Source: a virus
IMG/VR virus record: IMGVR_UViG_3300021476_000423
Span: 1-64,000 of that record
Length of the DNA: 64,000 nt
Direction: 5' to 3' (one strand)
Shown here: in pieces, positions 41,184 through 52,198 of the stretch
Layout: each line of letters begins with the position of its first letter
Position numbering within the stretch: position 1 is the stretch's first letter
Translations under genes and position numbers: made by a program
The notes under the pieces: generated by a model
Databases searched by the model: none
Seen by the model: only the letters and a program-made list of their open reading frames with translations
What the model was told of the DNA's origin: nothing

Positions 41184-44100
41184 TAGGGTAGACGGGATAA
41201 AGCATTGAGATTCTTGATGTAGTCATCGTGCAGTAAGTAGGCTTCCTTTTCGACGGCTTCCCGAAGTTGTTTGATATGCCGAAGCGTTGTCAATTTGAAT
41301 ACCTCTGCTTGTGTTTTCAGAGGAATGACTCTTTCGTTTGGGTCATCAAGTTCGAGAGATATTCGGGATGCAAGAGCCACACGCCGCATCTGAAGAATAA
41401 TCTTCCCTGCAAGTATCTGATTCCAGTAGTCCAAACCCACTTCCGAAAAGTTAATCAACCATTCCTCAAACTTTGTTCTTTTGACGAAGGCTTTGCGACG
41501 ACGATTTTCTAAGGTGGCTTGTGCTCTGCTGAAGCGTCTAAACTTAGTGTCATCGGTGAAGTAATAATACTTCTCTTCTTCGTCATACTGGATTTCGGGA
41601 TACTCCCTCTGCCAATCGGCATAATCCTGATGAGCCACTTCTTTCGTATATTTGCGATAGAATCGAATCGCCATTAGAATCTGAGTATGGCCCCAACGTG
41701 GGTCGTAAAAAACTTCGTATGTCTTCTTTATGATGGGCAAGTCATCCAGAGCCTTCCACTCTGGCACTTGGTCAATCTTTCGCCAACTCATCCTTCTCTT
41801 CCTCTTCCTTCTTGATTGCGCCACCCGGCAAAGCCCCAATCATGGCTATCTCATGCGCTTTAGTGGCTTCTTCGGCCACTGACTTGAGTTCGGGTGCGGC
41901 CTCTTCCAACTTCTTTTGGCCGGGAATCTCTGGTGGCGGCGGAATGGGTCGTTGCTCCATCTTACTCTTGATAGAGAGAAGCAACACCAACTCGGCTCTC
42001 ATCTTCTGCTTCCGCTTGGGGCGTGTGCTTGAAAGACCGATGTGCGCTTGAAGCATCTTAATCCTGCGTTCCACAGTGCCTTTGATGTAGACATTCCCCA
42101 TGACTTGGGAGAATCCTGTTTTAGCGTTCAATTTGCGAAGTTCCTTGGATTCCTCAGAAGTGAGAGCAGTCATTTGCCCCCCACTCTAAGTAGAAAGACG
42201 GCTATCCCTATCAAAACATCGATTGTGATGGCATCACCAAAGGCACTAGACTTTTTTGTAACAATCGATACTAAGGCTCCAAAGCCAGCGATGACAAGCA
42301 TCACAAATGCCCAAATAGGAAGACCGTATATCATCTGCCCCGCCTCTCACGCATCAACTTTGCCAGAAGGTCGAGCCTATCCTTGAGGTAGGTCTGGTCG
42401 TTCTGGTTGTCTTTGAACTTCTCGTCTAGGGTTTTCAGTTGCTCATCAAGTGATGGCGGTGTGTCAACCAAGGCTCCTTCATCATATCCGGGGCCATTGT
42501 GAGTGTCATTGTAGAACTCAATATCTTCCTTTGTTTGTTCGTCTCTCTTTTCGTAGGCTGGACTGTCGCTCAAAATCTGTTGCTCCCTGCAAACATGATG
42601 GCATCTAGAACAAGTCCTACTACGACAAGAAGGAAACCAAAAATGGCTTCACCCACTCCCGGCCATAGGGGTGAGTTGAAAGCAACCCATATTAGATAGA
42701 TTCCAAATGGAACCATTGCTAAGATGCTCAAGAATATCGTCATCACGATTATGTCTGAAATTCTACTCATGCCGCACCCTCTGGCTTGCCGATATTAAAG
42801 GATTCTCGACTTGCTCCATGCTTCTCAATCATGTGGTTGATTCTAGCCTCATTACTGTCTGGTTCTATCAAAACTCCGCATCGTGGGCAATGTGGGTCTG
42901 TGGTTCTTTTGCTACAGTCATCACAAAGCCAATATCCGTGAACTTCTGTCAAATGAGGTGTTTGACCGCAATTCTCGCAATTCAAACCCTTGGGACTCCC
43001 AATCTGACCAGTCGCTAACTGTTGAGCAAAATCGACTTCAACAACCTGCATTCCAAGACAATAGGCAACTCCTAGCATGGAAATCCATACTAGAACACTT
43101 GGAATACCGTAAGGGTCGTAAAAGAAACTCAACACAAACCAGAATACCGCAACTACTATCCACTTGGACGACCCCTTCATCTACTCTTCGACCTTCTTGG
43201 GTTCTGGCTGAACCTGTCCTGCTCTACCTCTGGTCTTGGGAATGATATATCCGGCTTTTCCGGCTTGAAGGGCAGAGAGGGCTTCCACTCTGGCCTTCTT
43301 GAAGAGTTTCTGATAGGCGGCAACTCTGATGGGCGCATCGAGTTTGGTGCAACTACACGCATATTTGCCGTCGATAAAGACGTTGACAGGCATGGAGATG
43401 GTTTCACTCACACTTCTCCCCTTTCGACAACAAGGTAAAGTGAGATTCCGCCATTTCTTTCCGTATCTTCAACATACTCCTTTTGGCAACGGTCTCCACA
43501 GAAGTAGAGAGCCAACTTTCCAAATTTGAAGAACTTCCTATCTTCATGAGACCCATTCTCTTCATGGACTTCCTCTCCACACCAAGCACAATTTTTAGTC
43601 ACTTTTCTTCGCCTTTGTCCGGTCAGCGTCAAATGCTTCAAGTGCTTCGATGAGTTCTTCGTCGAAAATATTGAAAAGCAAATGTCCAATTGCCGCATCC
43701 TGTTCATCATGAGTTAATGCCGTTGACTGTCTTGCTTCAATCAAAGCGACATACAGAAGTTGCCCTACCCTTAGAGGTGGATACTTACTCAACACTCTGG
43801 TCAGGATTGAGAGAAAGTTGGCAAGAGTTGTGAGGTCTCTGGTGTATCCCTGCATCGCTGGCTCTCTCATAGCCACAACCTTTCTAGCCACTTTCACAGC
43901 CGTTTCGTGTATCTCTTGGTCTGAGAGGTCAGATTCAATCGGTTTGTCGTCTTGCATTGGATATCCTTCGTCTCTATCACTCATGATTGAGCACTTCTTT
44001 TCTTATCCAAATCTCGTAAAAGAAGACCAAGCGACCCCAAAAGAAATCCGGCTATGACTAAACATCCAAACCCAACGGAAACAGACGAAGACTCTGAAAG

Positions 44101-44374
44101 AGCGAACAAAGTCAAACCTAAAGCAATTTGAAGCGGATAAATGCAAATGTTGATGATTGCAAACACAATTCCAAGCGGAGTTCCAACGGCAAAAGTATTG
44201 ACCACACTTGTTGTAGAATTGAGAGACAAGAGAAAACTGATTCCCCATCCAATGATGGCCATAAGGCTTGTCCACGCCAGATACGACCCAAACATCCCAA
44301 GTTTAGTCATACACAACCTCACTCTTTGATGGGGTAAATAAAGATTCTAACCGAAAACAAGGAAAGTAGGGTCA

Positions 44375-45223
44375 CTATGCGGTGGCCCTAGCCTTTAGAC
44401 GGTAGACGGTTCCCTGACTGTCGGTGTGTATCCCTTCCAAGTAGGGTTGGAACGACTCGAAGGGTATCTTCAAGTTGTTCTCAACATAGGTCTTCAAAGT
44501 GGCTTCTGGCACTGGTTTCGAACCATTCTCTGTCCTGAAAGTCATCCAGAGAGTGAATGCGTTCAGTTTGTCAGCCGACACTTCGACAGGGGCGGTTGTT
44601 GCTTTTGCAACCGGAGTGGGTGGTGAAGGGATGGGTGGTATCGGCTCTCTCTGCTCTGGTGTCTGCGGCTTTGGAAGAGCCGCTTCAAGACTGTTGGCTC
44701 CTGCATCTCGAATATCTGAAACGATGCTCAAGTCCTTCACTTGGATGACAGGTGTAGTTCCAAGCACCTTTCCAGTCTTTCTGTCCTTGTTCTCCCTTGG
44801 GTCTTGAACCCTTCCTTTGACGGAGACGACCTTTGCGGTCAGACTCTCGCCATCTTCAAGTTTGTAACCGAAGGGCGGAAAGTCGAGAATGACTTTGGTG
44901 GTTGTATCTGAACCAAGGAGAGTCCATTTCGTTAGCCGAGTTGCGACCCTTTGTTGGCCAGCACACTTGGCGGTGGTGCACTCATAGGAGATTCCTGCCT
45001 CAACTCCTTCCTTCTTGGTGAAGCAGAAGGGGCAACCAACGTAACTTGAAGTGCCTAGCACTTTGATAACTAGGACTTCGGCTCCGTTGACCCAATCTCC
45101 TTTGTTGAGGTCACTGAGGTCTCGCTTTGGATTCATTTGGTCATACATCTGACGAACTACATCGTCAGGGAATTTGACAAGTGCGGGATATTGCTTGCGG
45201 ATTTCTTCTACGCTTGTAGTCAT
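44375..45223 (-). CDS. RPA-like ssDNA-binding protein (OB fold with Zn finger)
   Basis: YVGCPFC..K...C....C insertion typical of the RPA70C-type OB fold, then VSVKGRV, a Pro-rich linker and a small C-terminal domain. Confidence 0.65.
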   Translation of the reverse strand: MTTSVEEIRKQYPALVKFPDDVVRQMYDQMNPKRDLSDLNKGDWVNGAEVLVIKVLGTSSYVGCPFCFTKKEGVEAGISYECTTAKCAGQQRVATRLTKWTLLGSDTTTKVILDFPPFGYKLEDGESLTAKVVSVKGRVQDPRENKDRKTGKVLGTTPVIQVKDLSIVSDIRDAGANSLEAALPKPQTPEQREPIPPIPSPPTPVAKATTAPVEVSADKLNAFTLWMTFRTENGSKPVPEATLKTYVENNLKIPFESFQPYLEGIHTDSQGTVYRLKARATA

Positions 45224-45485
45224 ACAGACCCCTCTGTTTGTGGCCTATTTAGGTGTTCTACTTGCTTTGCGACTTTGCGATTCGCAGTCTTACGAACACA
45301 ATCATCGCAGATGGGTTCCAAATGAGTTCCGAATTTCTCGTAGACGGCAGGTATTCTAATCTCGTCACAATAGTAACAGGGTTTGGCCGACATTACGTCT
45401 TGCCGTTCTACACAACATTAATAAAGATTTTTGCCGTTTTCCTTGGAAGAGGCTTTAAATAGTTCGGAGGGGGTATACTATACCA

Positions 45486-46208
45486 ATGTCTGCGCCTACT
45501 GCTGGACTTGATTGGAACGCTCTGCTTCAGAAGGCCGAAAAAGCCATTGGTAAGTTTGAAGAGGGTGTGGGAAATCCGGGCGTATATTGTTCTGAAGGGC
45601 ACAAACCTGTTGAAATGGATGAAGTATTCGATAAGGGTCAGAATGGATACCAATGTAAAGCGTGTGGACGAACCGTCTTTCCAAAGACAGAGGATTTTCA
45701 CACACAAAACGAGCCACTAACTGGCATCGAAGATGTGAGAGGAGTGGAACACGCCTATTACGAGAAACAACTTGCGGAAATGGGCAAACTACTTGAGGAA
45801 GCAGAGGCTCTGATGAACCAAAAGGTCTCCCCTACTCAACCAGTCGAAGTCAGTCGCACCGAAGAATCGGAATATGGTGAATTGCTGACCCATCTTAACG
45901 AGTCAGCAGACACAGCATGGGAAGAAATGCTCAATCTCAAGTCGCTTATTGATGCTGTCAATGATGCTGTAGATTCAGGAGCGATGTCATCAAATGAAGC
46001 CGAATCACATTTGAGTTATGTCAGTCAGAAGATAGAAAGTGGTCTTCAAGCCCTTGGAAGGGGTGTTGGAATGAAAGAGAGTGAAAGCGAAGATGTAGAC
46101 AAACCAAAACCTATCTATCATGTGGCATCGCCAAGCGAGTATGCTCATGCTCTGCTAAGTCCAACTGAACTCCCAAAGAAACCTCAAGATGAGGGTGAAT
46201 CAACGTGA
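45486..46208 (+). CDS. Acidic Zn-ribbon protein
   Basis: CSEGH...CKACG in an E-rich protein. TTTAAATA promoter upstream. Confidence 0.6.
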   Translation: MSAPTAGLDWNALLQKAEKAIGKFEEGVGNPGVYCSEGHKPVEMDEVFDKGQNGYQCKACGRTVFPKTEDFHTQNEPLTGIEDVRGVEHAYYEKQLAEMGKLLEEAEALMNQKVSPTQPVEVSRTEESEYGELLTHLNESADTAWEEMLNLKSLIDAVNDAVDSGAMSSNEAESHLSYVSQKIESGLQALGRGVGMKESESEDVDKPKPIYHVASPSEYAHALLSPTELPKKPQDEGEST

Positions 46209-46492
46209 GTGGAGACCAATCTTTCATTGAACGAGTTTTGAGAGACATTGCCGATATCAAAGTATCGATGGCTAGGATAGAAGCAAAAACCGAGAACATC
46301 AGTGACAGAATCGAAGTCATCAATCATAATACCACTGACAATGCTCAACGTTTGGCTATTCTTGAAAAGGCTCAAACTAGAACTACAGATTTCAGTGACT
46401 TTGCAAAAAGAGCGATGGTCACATTTGCCGGAGTAATCGGTGTTGCGGCATCGTTAGCGTTGCTTCTTAACTTTCTAGGACTTCACATCTGA
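46205..46492 (+). CDS. Coiled-coil protein with C-terminal TM (holin-like or lysis accessory)
   Basis: Heptad pattern followed by one hydrophobic segment. Confidence 0.45.
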   Translation: MSGDQSFIERVLRDIADIKVSMARIEAKTENISDRIEVINHNTTDNAQRLAILEKAQTRTTDFSDFAKRAMVTFAGVIGVAASLALLLNFLGLHI

Positions 46493-47218
46493 GGATTTCG
46501 ACTCTTTCTTACCCTCTCTACCGCCCCTTAACGAGTATCCCAAGATACTACCTATAATCAGAGCGAGTAGTGCAATCAGCCAAGGCAAGTAGGCGTTGGC
46601 GAAGAGATTGTAAACCACTTCAGTCGTGGTAGTAGTCACTGTAGTTGGTTTCGTTACGGTGACATCCTGAGTAATGGTCTGACTTTGCACATTTGTCACC
46701 GTAGCGGTAACTATTTGGTCGTGGGTAACAGTTTGTGTTGGCCCTGTTACTGTTGCGGTAACAGTCTGAGTTTCAGTAACGGGCGGCTGAATAACTGAGA
46801 AAGTCTCAGTTTGAGTCACCGTTTGTGTGGTCGTTATAGGAACGTCTTGAATCTGAACTTGAGTCACTGTAACCGTGTTGGTTTGAGTTGCGGTCACTGT
46901 GTCACTCTGCGTAACTGTCGCTGTTGCCGTCTGTGTGACTGTTGCTGTTTGAGTTGCCGTTGTTGTTGATTGCGGCACTAACACCTGAATAACGAAACAC
47001 CACGCTCCACTCGGAACTTTGAAGGGGTCGTTATAAGCAACGTGCCACATACCATTGGCGTTGATGGTGGCTGTCCCAAGGGTAGTCGAATAGCCAGAGC
47101 ACCCGCCTTGCCATGCGGAAGCAGGAATCACCAGTAGGAAGGCGAGAGCAAAAAGACTCACTACAACAGCAACCGAAAGTCTTCGTGCGCTTTTCTCTGT
47201 TACTCCGAATTTCATCAA
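46475..47218 (-). CDS. Thr-rich cell-surface protein (signal peptide, TVTQ repeats, C-terminal TM anchor)
   Basis: Hydrophobic N-terminus ending PASA, long T-x-T repeats, and YLPWLIALLALIIG followed by a basic tail. Confidence 0.75.
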   Translation of the reverse strand: MMKFGVTEKSARRLSVAVVVSLFALAFLLVIPASAWQGGCSGYSTTLGTATINANGMWHVAYNDPFKVPSGAWCFVIQVLVPQSTTTATQTATVTQTATATVTQSDTVTATQTNTVTVTQVQIQDVPITTTQTVTQTETFSVIQPPVTETQTVTATVTGPTQTVTHDQIVTATVTNVQSQTITQDVTVTKPTTVTTTTTEVVYNLFANAYLPWLIALLALIIGSILGYSLRGGREGKKESKSSDVKS

Positions 47219-47903
47219 CGACCCTTCGTTAGTAGGCTATATAAAGATTTATGCTGTTTTGGGAAGTCTGTGTCGTTCCCATGCTATCCACCAAGTTACA
47301 GCAACAGTCCCTACTATCTGTGAAGCGACCATCCATTCTTTGATGCTAGTTATATCGAAAACATAGAGAAGCACAAGTATCCAACCAAGTGTTAGAGCCA
47401 TTATCTCAATAACGACTTGACCATCAAGGTAGGATTTCTCATTCAAATAAACCACACCACCAACCGCACCTTTCCTTCGCCATAGAGTTCATCGAGAACT
47501 CCCATGAAAGCGAAGACTATTGGCCACCCCTTTTTGAGTTCCTTAATCTCAAAAACTTGGGCTATCTCAGTGGGAGTGATGTAGGTCTCAAAATGAGCCG
47601 ACTTTCCATCTGCCTTATGCGCTTCTTCAACCTCTTCAGAGAGGTCATCAGGAAGACCCCGATTGTTGGCAATAGGTTTGGCTGGCTTCTTGAGATAGTG
47701 GTCGTCTACACCAAAGAGGATACTGGTGACATCGGGGGCTTGGCCGACCAGAGCGCCAATGCGAAGCGTTGGATGCCAAATGAGTGCTTCATCCAAAACT
47801 TCCACGAATCCGCGAACAATCTTCAAATCGCCTCTCGTCAGTGGGACGAAATCGGGGTTTATAAAGGTTAGGTCGGAAAAAAAGTGGATGGCTTAGTAGT
47901 CGT

Positions 47904-48146
47904 CTAAGCCAACATACGTTTCACGAAGCCAGTCGCAAACCCAAGAGTCGCACCTGCGGCTCCTAGAGGGACTGCGGCTCCTGAGACAAATGGGACTGCT
48001 GGAAGTCCCGCATAGCCAGTGAAAAGCGAGATTGCTCCCGCAACCACCGACCCGACTATGCCCCCTGCGGCAGTCGCAAGGGCAGTTTGTCCAAGGAACT
48101 TGGCCTCAGACGCTAGGTATGCCTTCACTTCTGCTGAAGATACCAT
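47904..48146 (-). CDS. Small Gly/Ala-rich membrane protein
   Basis: Two GxxxG-rich hydrophobic helices and its own TATA box. Confidence 0.55.
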   Translation of the reverse strand: MVSSAEVKAYLASEAKFLGQTALATAAGGIVGSVVAGAISLFTGYAGLPAVPFVSGAAVPLGAAGATLGFATGFVKRMLA

Positions 48147-48208
48147 AGGAATAGGGTCGAGTTTATCCTACTTAAAGATTAAGGACAAAAGATATACCCT
48201 ATATCCCC

Positions 48209-49822
48209 TTAGAGGGTGGCTTTGAGGGTCAGATACCGCTTTTCTGGACAGTAGGAGAATGGGATAGACAATCTAAGTGGTGTCTTCTTGGTCGAGTATT
48301 CCTCTGGAATGTCGGGCCGTCCTTTGATGCCGAGTGCCTTAATCACTTGCTCAACGGGCCAACTCTCTTCGAGCACTTCAAACTCAAGGTCGTCAATCAC
48401 ATTGTCCATCAGATGGAGTTCTGTCCTGTCTGATTCCTCACCCCTATACCAGATGAATCCAAATCCCTCCGCCATGATGTCCATGTCTTCCTGCTCGAAA
48501 TTGTCGCTAATCTCATCGCCATAGTCACCCTCATGAGTGATGTCTGGCACTTTGAAGAAGAAATTGATGCTCTTGTCGGCTCCAACTACCACCATAACTT
48601 TCTCATTCTCATCGTTGAGATAGCCAGTTACATCTCCGGTGCTGGCAGTCGGTGTGACGGGGTGCATATGGACAGTCCCGATGAGTTGTTCCCCTTCGTG
48701 AAGTTGCTCGTTGGGTTCAAGCACAATCTCCCTATCCTTGCCAAACTGTTCACCGACTACCCCTATCTTCCCATGCTCGGCCACGATAAGGAATCCACCT
48801 GCTTCATTGTCATTGGTGACAGAGTATTCAATCATCATCATGAGGTCGTTGTAGAGGCGTTCTGGTATCTCAATTTTATCGGGCAACTCCACACCATCAG
48901 CAGTGTAGGTCTGTGGTTTCATGTGAATCTGAGAATCATCGTCGTCGGTTGGCTCTTTCTCTCCTGTCTCTGGCTCTGGAAGTTTGGGGTCAGGATTCAA
49001 CTCCTTGTCAGGATTGCTAGGGTCTGGTTCTTCTATTTTCTCAGGATACAATCGGGACTTTGGAATTTTTCCTGTGCCATGACACTCTGAACAAGTGCCA
49101 ATATGATGTCCCATTATACGAGACGGTTCTCCTGTTCCATGACACCACGGACAATCTATCATTTCTTGGTCAGGTTCTTTCTTGGTTTGGCCTTTGTCGA
49201 GAATCTTCACGGCTCCCGGCTCAAAAGTAGGGTCGGGCACTGATTTCGCTTCACCAGTCTTTCCAAGTGGAATCTCACCACCCTTCTGAGCATTAGGGCT
49301 GACGGCCTCTTTTAACTTCCAAGTCTCGCCACAATCGTTACAAAGTCCGATGGTTGTGCCAGTTTGACTCTTGGTCTTCTTGGTGTTGTCAGAATTGCAC
49401 CGTGGACAAGTGCCGCCATAATTCTTTCCTGCTTCTTCCTTCGGCTCATCAAGTTCATTGCCCCTATAACCACAAGCCGAACAGTAGATGTCTCCCGTAT
49501 TAAGGTCTATTGAAGCAAGGTCATATTGGCACTCTGGACAAGAAGTCGTATCTCCATTCTCATCGTCTTGTTCTGGTTTACTTGGATTGGTCTTGTCATC
49601 ACAAGATTGGCAGAGCGTAATTCCGCCGGGTATCGGATGTGCTCCTTTCTCACCACAAAGTTCGCAGTAATCTCCCTGTGGGTCACTCTCCTCTTTCAAA
49701 GCAAGGTCTACAGAAGGTTCGGGGTCGTCGAGATAGCCATTGGCATCAGCCCATTTTTCTAACATCCAGTCACTTTTGGTTTTCTTCATCTTCTTAGCCA
49801 TGAGAGTAATGTAATCAACCAT
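48209..49822 (-). CDS. Multi-Zn-ribbon protein with C-terminal JAB/MPN+ (JAMM) metalloprotease domain
   Basis: NEAGGFL...GTVHMHPVTPTASTGD. Four CxxC...CxxC units, one of DnaJ type (CxxCxGTG twice). Confidence 0.7.
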   Translation of the reverse strand: MVDYITLMAKKMKKTKSDWMLEKWADANGYLDDPEPSVDLALKEESDPQGDYCELCGEKGAHPIPGGITLCQSCDDKTNPSKPEQDDENGDTTSCPECQYDLASIDLNTGDIYCSACGYRGNELDEPKEEAGKNYGGTCPRCNSDNTKKTKSQTGTTIGLCNDCGETWKLKEAVSPNAQKGGEIPLGKTGEAKSVPDPTFEPGAVKILDKGQTKKEPDQEMIDCPWCHGTGEPSRIMGHHIGTCSECHGTGKIPKSRLYPEKIEEPDPSNPDKELNPDPKLPEPETGEKEPTDDDDSQIHMKPQTYTADGVELPDKIEIPERLYNDLMMMIEYSVTNDNEAGGFLIVAEHGKIGVVGEQFGKDREIVLEPNEQLHEGEQLIGTVHMHPVTPTASTGDVTGYLNDENEKVMVVVGADKSINFFFKVPDITHEGDYGDEISDNFEQEDMDIMAEGFGFIWYRGEESDRTELHLMDNVIDDLEFEVLEESWPVEQVIKALGIKGRPDIPEEYSTKKTPLRLSIPFSYCPEKRYLTLKATL

Positions 49823-49856
49823 ACTAGAGAAGATAGGGCTTCGGCAGTATTTAAGC

Positions 49857-50570
49857 CTACAGCATCGTATCGGGAGACTTCAAGAACAGCCGCCAATCAA
49901 TGGGTTCTGGTTTGCGCTCGTAGAGTTTGAGAAAGCGTTTGGTGTATTGGTCAGGATGGGTGGCTTGTCGCAGAATCTCTGGCAAGTCCATTGAAGGGTC
50001 GATAGGAACCTTCCATCTTGGCAATGAAGGATGGTCGGGGTCTACAGAATGTTTGGTGAGTGTAGTGCGACAAATGCGGTCTAATGAGAGAAAGGCTTTC
50101 TTGTCAAGCAGATATTGGAACCAAGTCGAGAAGACGGCGAACATCCTTTCTCGATACTGCCGCAACTCACCCATCGTAGTTGGTGTGATGTGGAGATAGA
50201 TATGGAACCCTTTGCCACCAGAGAAGAAGAGTTCGAGATGTGGCCAAAACATCTTGTAGAAGAGTTGACCCCTACTCCAAATGGCTTCAAAGGTATCCTT
50301 CTCACCAGTGATAGGGTTCGTTCTTATGTCGATATCGATGAAGATGCGGTCAACCGTCACTGCATCCTTCTGGTCTACGGGCCAAGTCTTGCTCACTAGA
50401 GGAGTGTAGAAGGGAAAGTAGGTGTCTTTTGTTTCCATGATGTGCTCTAGGTTATACTGGTATAAGTCGGCTTTGGTCTGAACTAGGGTTCGCTCCACTC
50501 CGACTTGGGCAGGAAGCACCCTAACGTCTCTGTCCCAATAGAGCCTACTTAACTCAATTAGACTGGTCAA
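49857..50570 (-). CDS. priS: Archaeo-eukaryotic primase catalytic subunit
   Basis: Motifs FIDID, FSGGKGFHIY and DRICR. Confidence 0.8.
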   Translation of the reverse strand: MTSLIELSRLYWDRDVRVLPAQVGVERTLVQTKADLYQYNLEHIMETKDTYFPFYTPLVSKTWPVDQKDAVTVDRIFIDIDIRTNPITGEKDTFEAIWSRGQLFYKMFWPHLELFFSGGKGFHIYLHITPTTMGELRQYRERMFAVFSTWFQYLLDKKAFLSLDRICRTTLTKHSVDPDHPSLPRWKVPIDPSMDLPEILRQATHPDQYTKRFLKLYERKPEPIDWRLFLKSPDTML

Positions 50571-51993
50571 GGGCGTATCTAATCGATTTGAGGTTGATGG
50601 CCTTCAGTTGTTCAACATAGACTTTGGCTTGCTCTAGGATGTCCTGTGTCACCACTTCCAGCATATCACTCATGCCACTTATCTCTATGCCAGCCAACCT
50701 TGGAAGATTGTCAACAACTGCCATGTTGATAGCCCCACCCCTTGTGTGAGGGTAGGAATGGGCATAGTGAGCCAGAAGAAATGACCTAACTTCTATGATT
50801 TCGCATGGCTCAATCTCGTCATAGAGACTCCTCTCGTAGAGAGGTTGTCGAGTGAACTCTTTGATGGTCGGCTGATTCCAAAACTTCTGCAAAGTCACTG
50901 TCGCTCTCTCTTCCATCGCCCTATAGGTCTCAATCAGATTCTTTCTCTCAACATCGTCCAACCCCTCTGACCCTGCCTTGTCCTTTACTGGCGTATAGTC
51001 ATTGTATGCGATAATCCCAAATCTGCGTCCCATCGCATATGAGTTCCTGCATAGGTGGGCAAGAATATCTCGCATCACCGATGTATGACTTCCCGATAAT
51101 GCCAATGGATTGGCTGTCGCTATGAATGGGCAAGCCGCAACTATGCGTATGGTTGCGCCCCCTGCTCCTGACAATGACCATCCCTGCTCCAACAATGTCA
51201 TAAGAAGTCCTGCCACGTTCTCTACTGCCAGACTCTCTATCTGCTCTATGGTGAGCGCATAGTGCTGATTGTCAAACAACCCTCTTGCTATGTCGTCTGT
51301 CCACTTGGCCGTTCCAATCAATGTGTTCTTTGTCGTCTTGTCATACCTTGACCCTACGATGTCATAGAACGAAGTTTTGCCAGTGTTAGGTGGCGTTATG
51401 ATGAGAGTATGGGGCTGATATTTCATCACATAGCCATAGGGAATAGCCGCCTTATAGACCGTCTTCAGATTATCATCTGTCTCTCCCTTGTAGGAGATGA
51501 TGTTAGTCACCAAGTCCAACCAGTCTTGAGTTGGCTTCATTGTCCCATAATCGAGATACTTGTTTAGTAGTTGCTCATCAAAGTGGAAAGAGGTCTCAAA
51601 GGTATAGGTAGACAAATCATCCCACTCTTCTATGCGGGGGTCTCTCTCCTGCCCAACCTTCTTGAGAATGTATAGCCTCTCATCTCTATCGAAGATTCCA
51701 TCCAGACGAGAAGGCAAAACTCTGGCCAACGGTAATGAGGTCTTCTTGCTATGGATAACATTCTTGGTGTCTAGAATGTAGGCTGGCGGCGTGGTTGTGG
51801 ATACCATTCCCCTATACAACTTAGCCCCCAAGTTGGCCACAACACCCTCTGGCGTATCATCAAAATCCACTCTCTGATACATCGGCTCAATCATCTCAAA
51901 AACATTGAGCGCCTTGCCCATTTTGGCGTTATTTCCGTTATGACCGTTATTATCTTGGCCCGACAAATTCAACACCCATTGGATTCTGCTCAA
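50554..51993 (-). CDS. Divergent MCM-like AAA+ ATPase/helicase
   Basis: Walker A TPPNTGKT, atypical Walker B LTIEQIE, LLEQG, sensor ATANP and arginine finger RRF. Lies between PolB and primase. Confidence 0.6.
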   Translation of the reverse strand: MSRIQWVLNLSGQDNNGHNGNNAKMGKALNVFEMIEPMYQRVDFDDTPEGVVANLGAKLYRGMVSTTTPPAYILDTKNVIHSKKTSLPLARVLPSRLDGIFDRDERLYILKKVGQERDPRIEEWDDLSTYTFETSFHFDEQLLNKYLDYGTMKPTQDWLDLVTNIISYKGETDDNLKTVYKAAIPYGYVMKYQPHTLIITPPNTGKTSFYDIVGSRYDKTTKNTLIGTAKWTDDIARGLFDNQHYALTIEQIESLAVENVAGLLMTLLEQGWSLSGAGGATIRIVAACPFIATANPLALSGSHTSVMRDILAHLCRNSYAMGRRFGIIAYNDYTPVKDKAGSEGLDDVERKNLIETYRAMEERATVTLQKFWNQPTIKEFTRQPLYERSLYDEIEPCEIIEVRSFLLAHYAHSYPHTRGGAINMAVVDNLPRLAGIEISGMSDMLEVVTQDILEQAKVYVEQLKAINLKSIRYALDQSN

Positions 51994-52198
51994 ATTTCGC
52001 TAAGTTACCTTGATTGACCTGATGCGTATGAGTTCCCTTCACATCAGCATAACACAACGGACATTGACCGTTAATCATCTGAATGAACAAAGTGCTACCC
52101 TTCCACTGATGTTTGATGTATTTCAACTTTCTTTCTAGCCGCCTCATTGCTTCTTGGTCGTGAGCAAAGTTGAGTTTGTCTTGATTGGCGATTTTCAT
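51950..52198 (-). CDS. LANQ-tagged small Zn-binding protein
   Basis: Begins MKIANQDKLNFA. Contains CPLC...HTH. Confidence 0.65.
   Translation of the reverse strand: MKIANQDKLNFAHDQEAMRRLERKLKYIKHQWKGSTLFIQMINGQCPLCYADVKGTHTHQVNQGNLAKFEQNPMGVEFVGPR

Noticed and set aside
46620-46975. Repetitive DNA as a possible CRISPR or tandem array
   Set aside because: It is degenerate Thr/Val/Gln codon repetition inside a surface-protein gene. No CRISPR array was seen anywhere in the window.
50554-51993. Terminase large subunit call for this ATPase or for 33591..35519
   Set aside because: Neither has a terminase-type Walker A context or a C-terminal RNase H-like nuclease domain. Motifs fit AAA+ (ATANP, RRF) and FtsK/HerA respectively.
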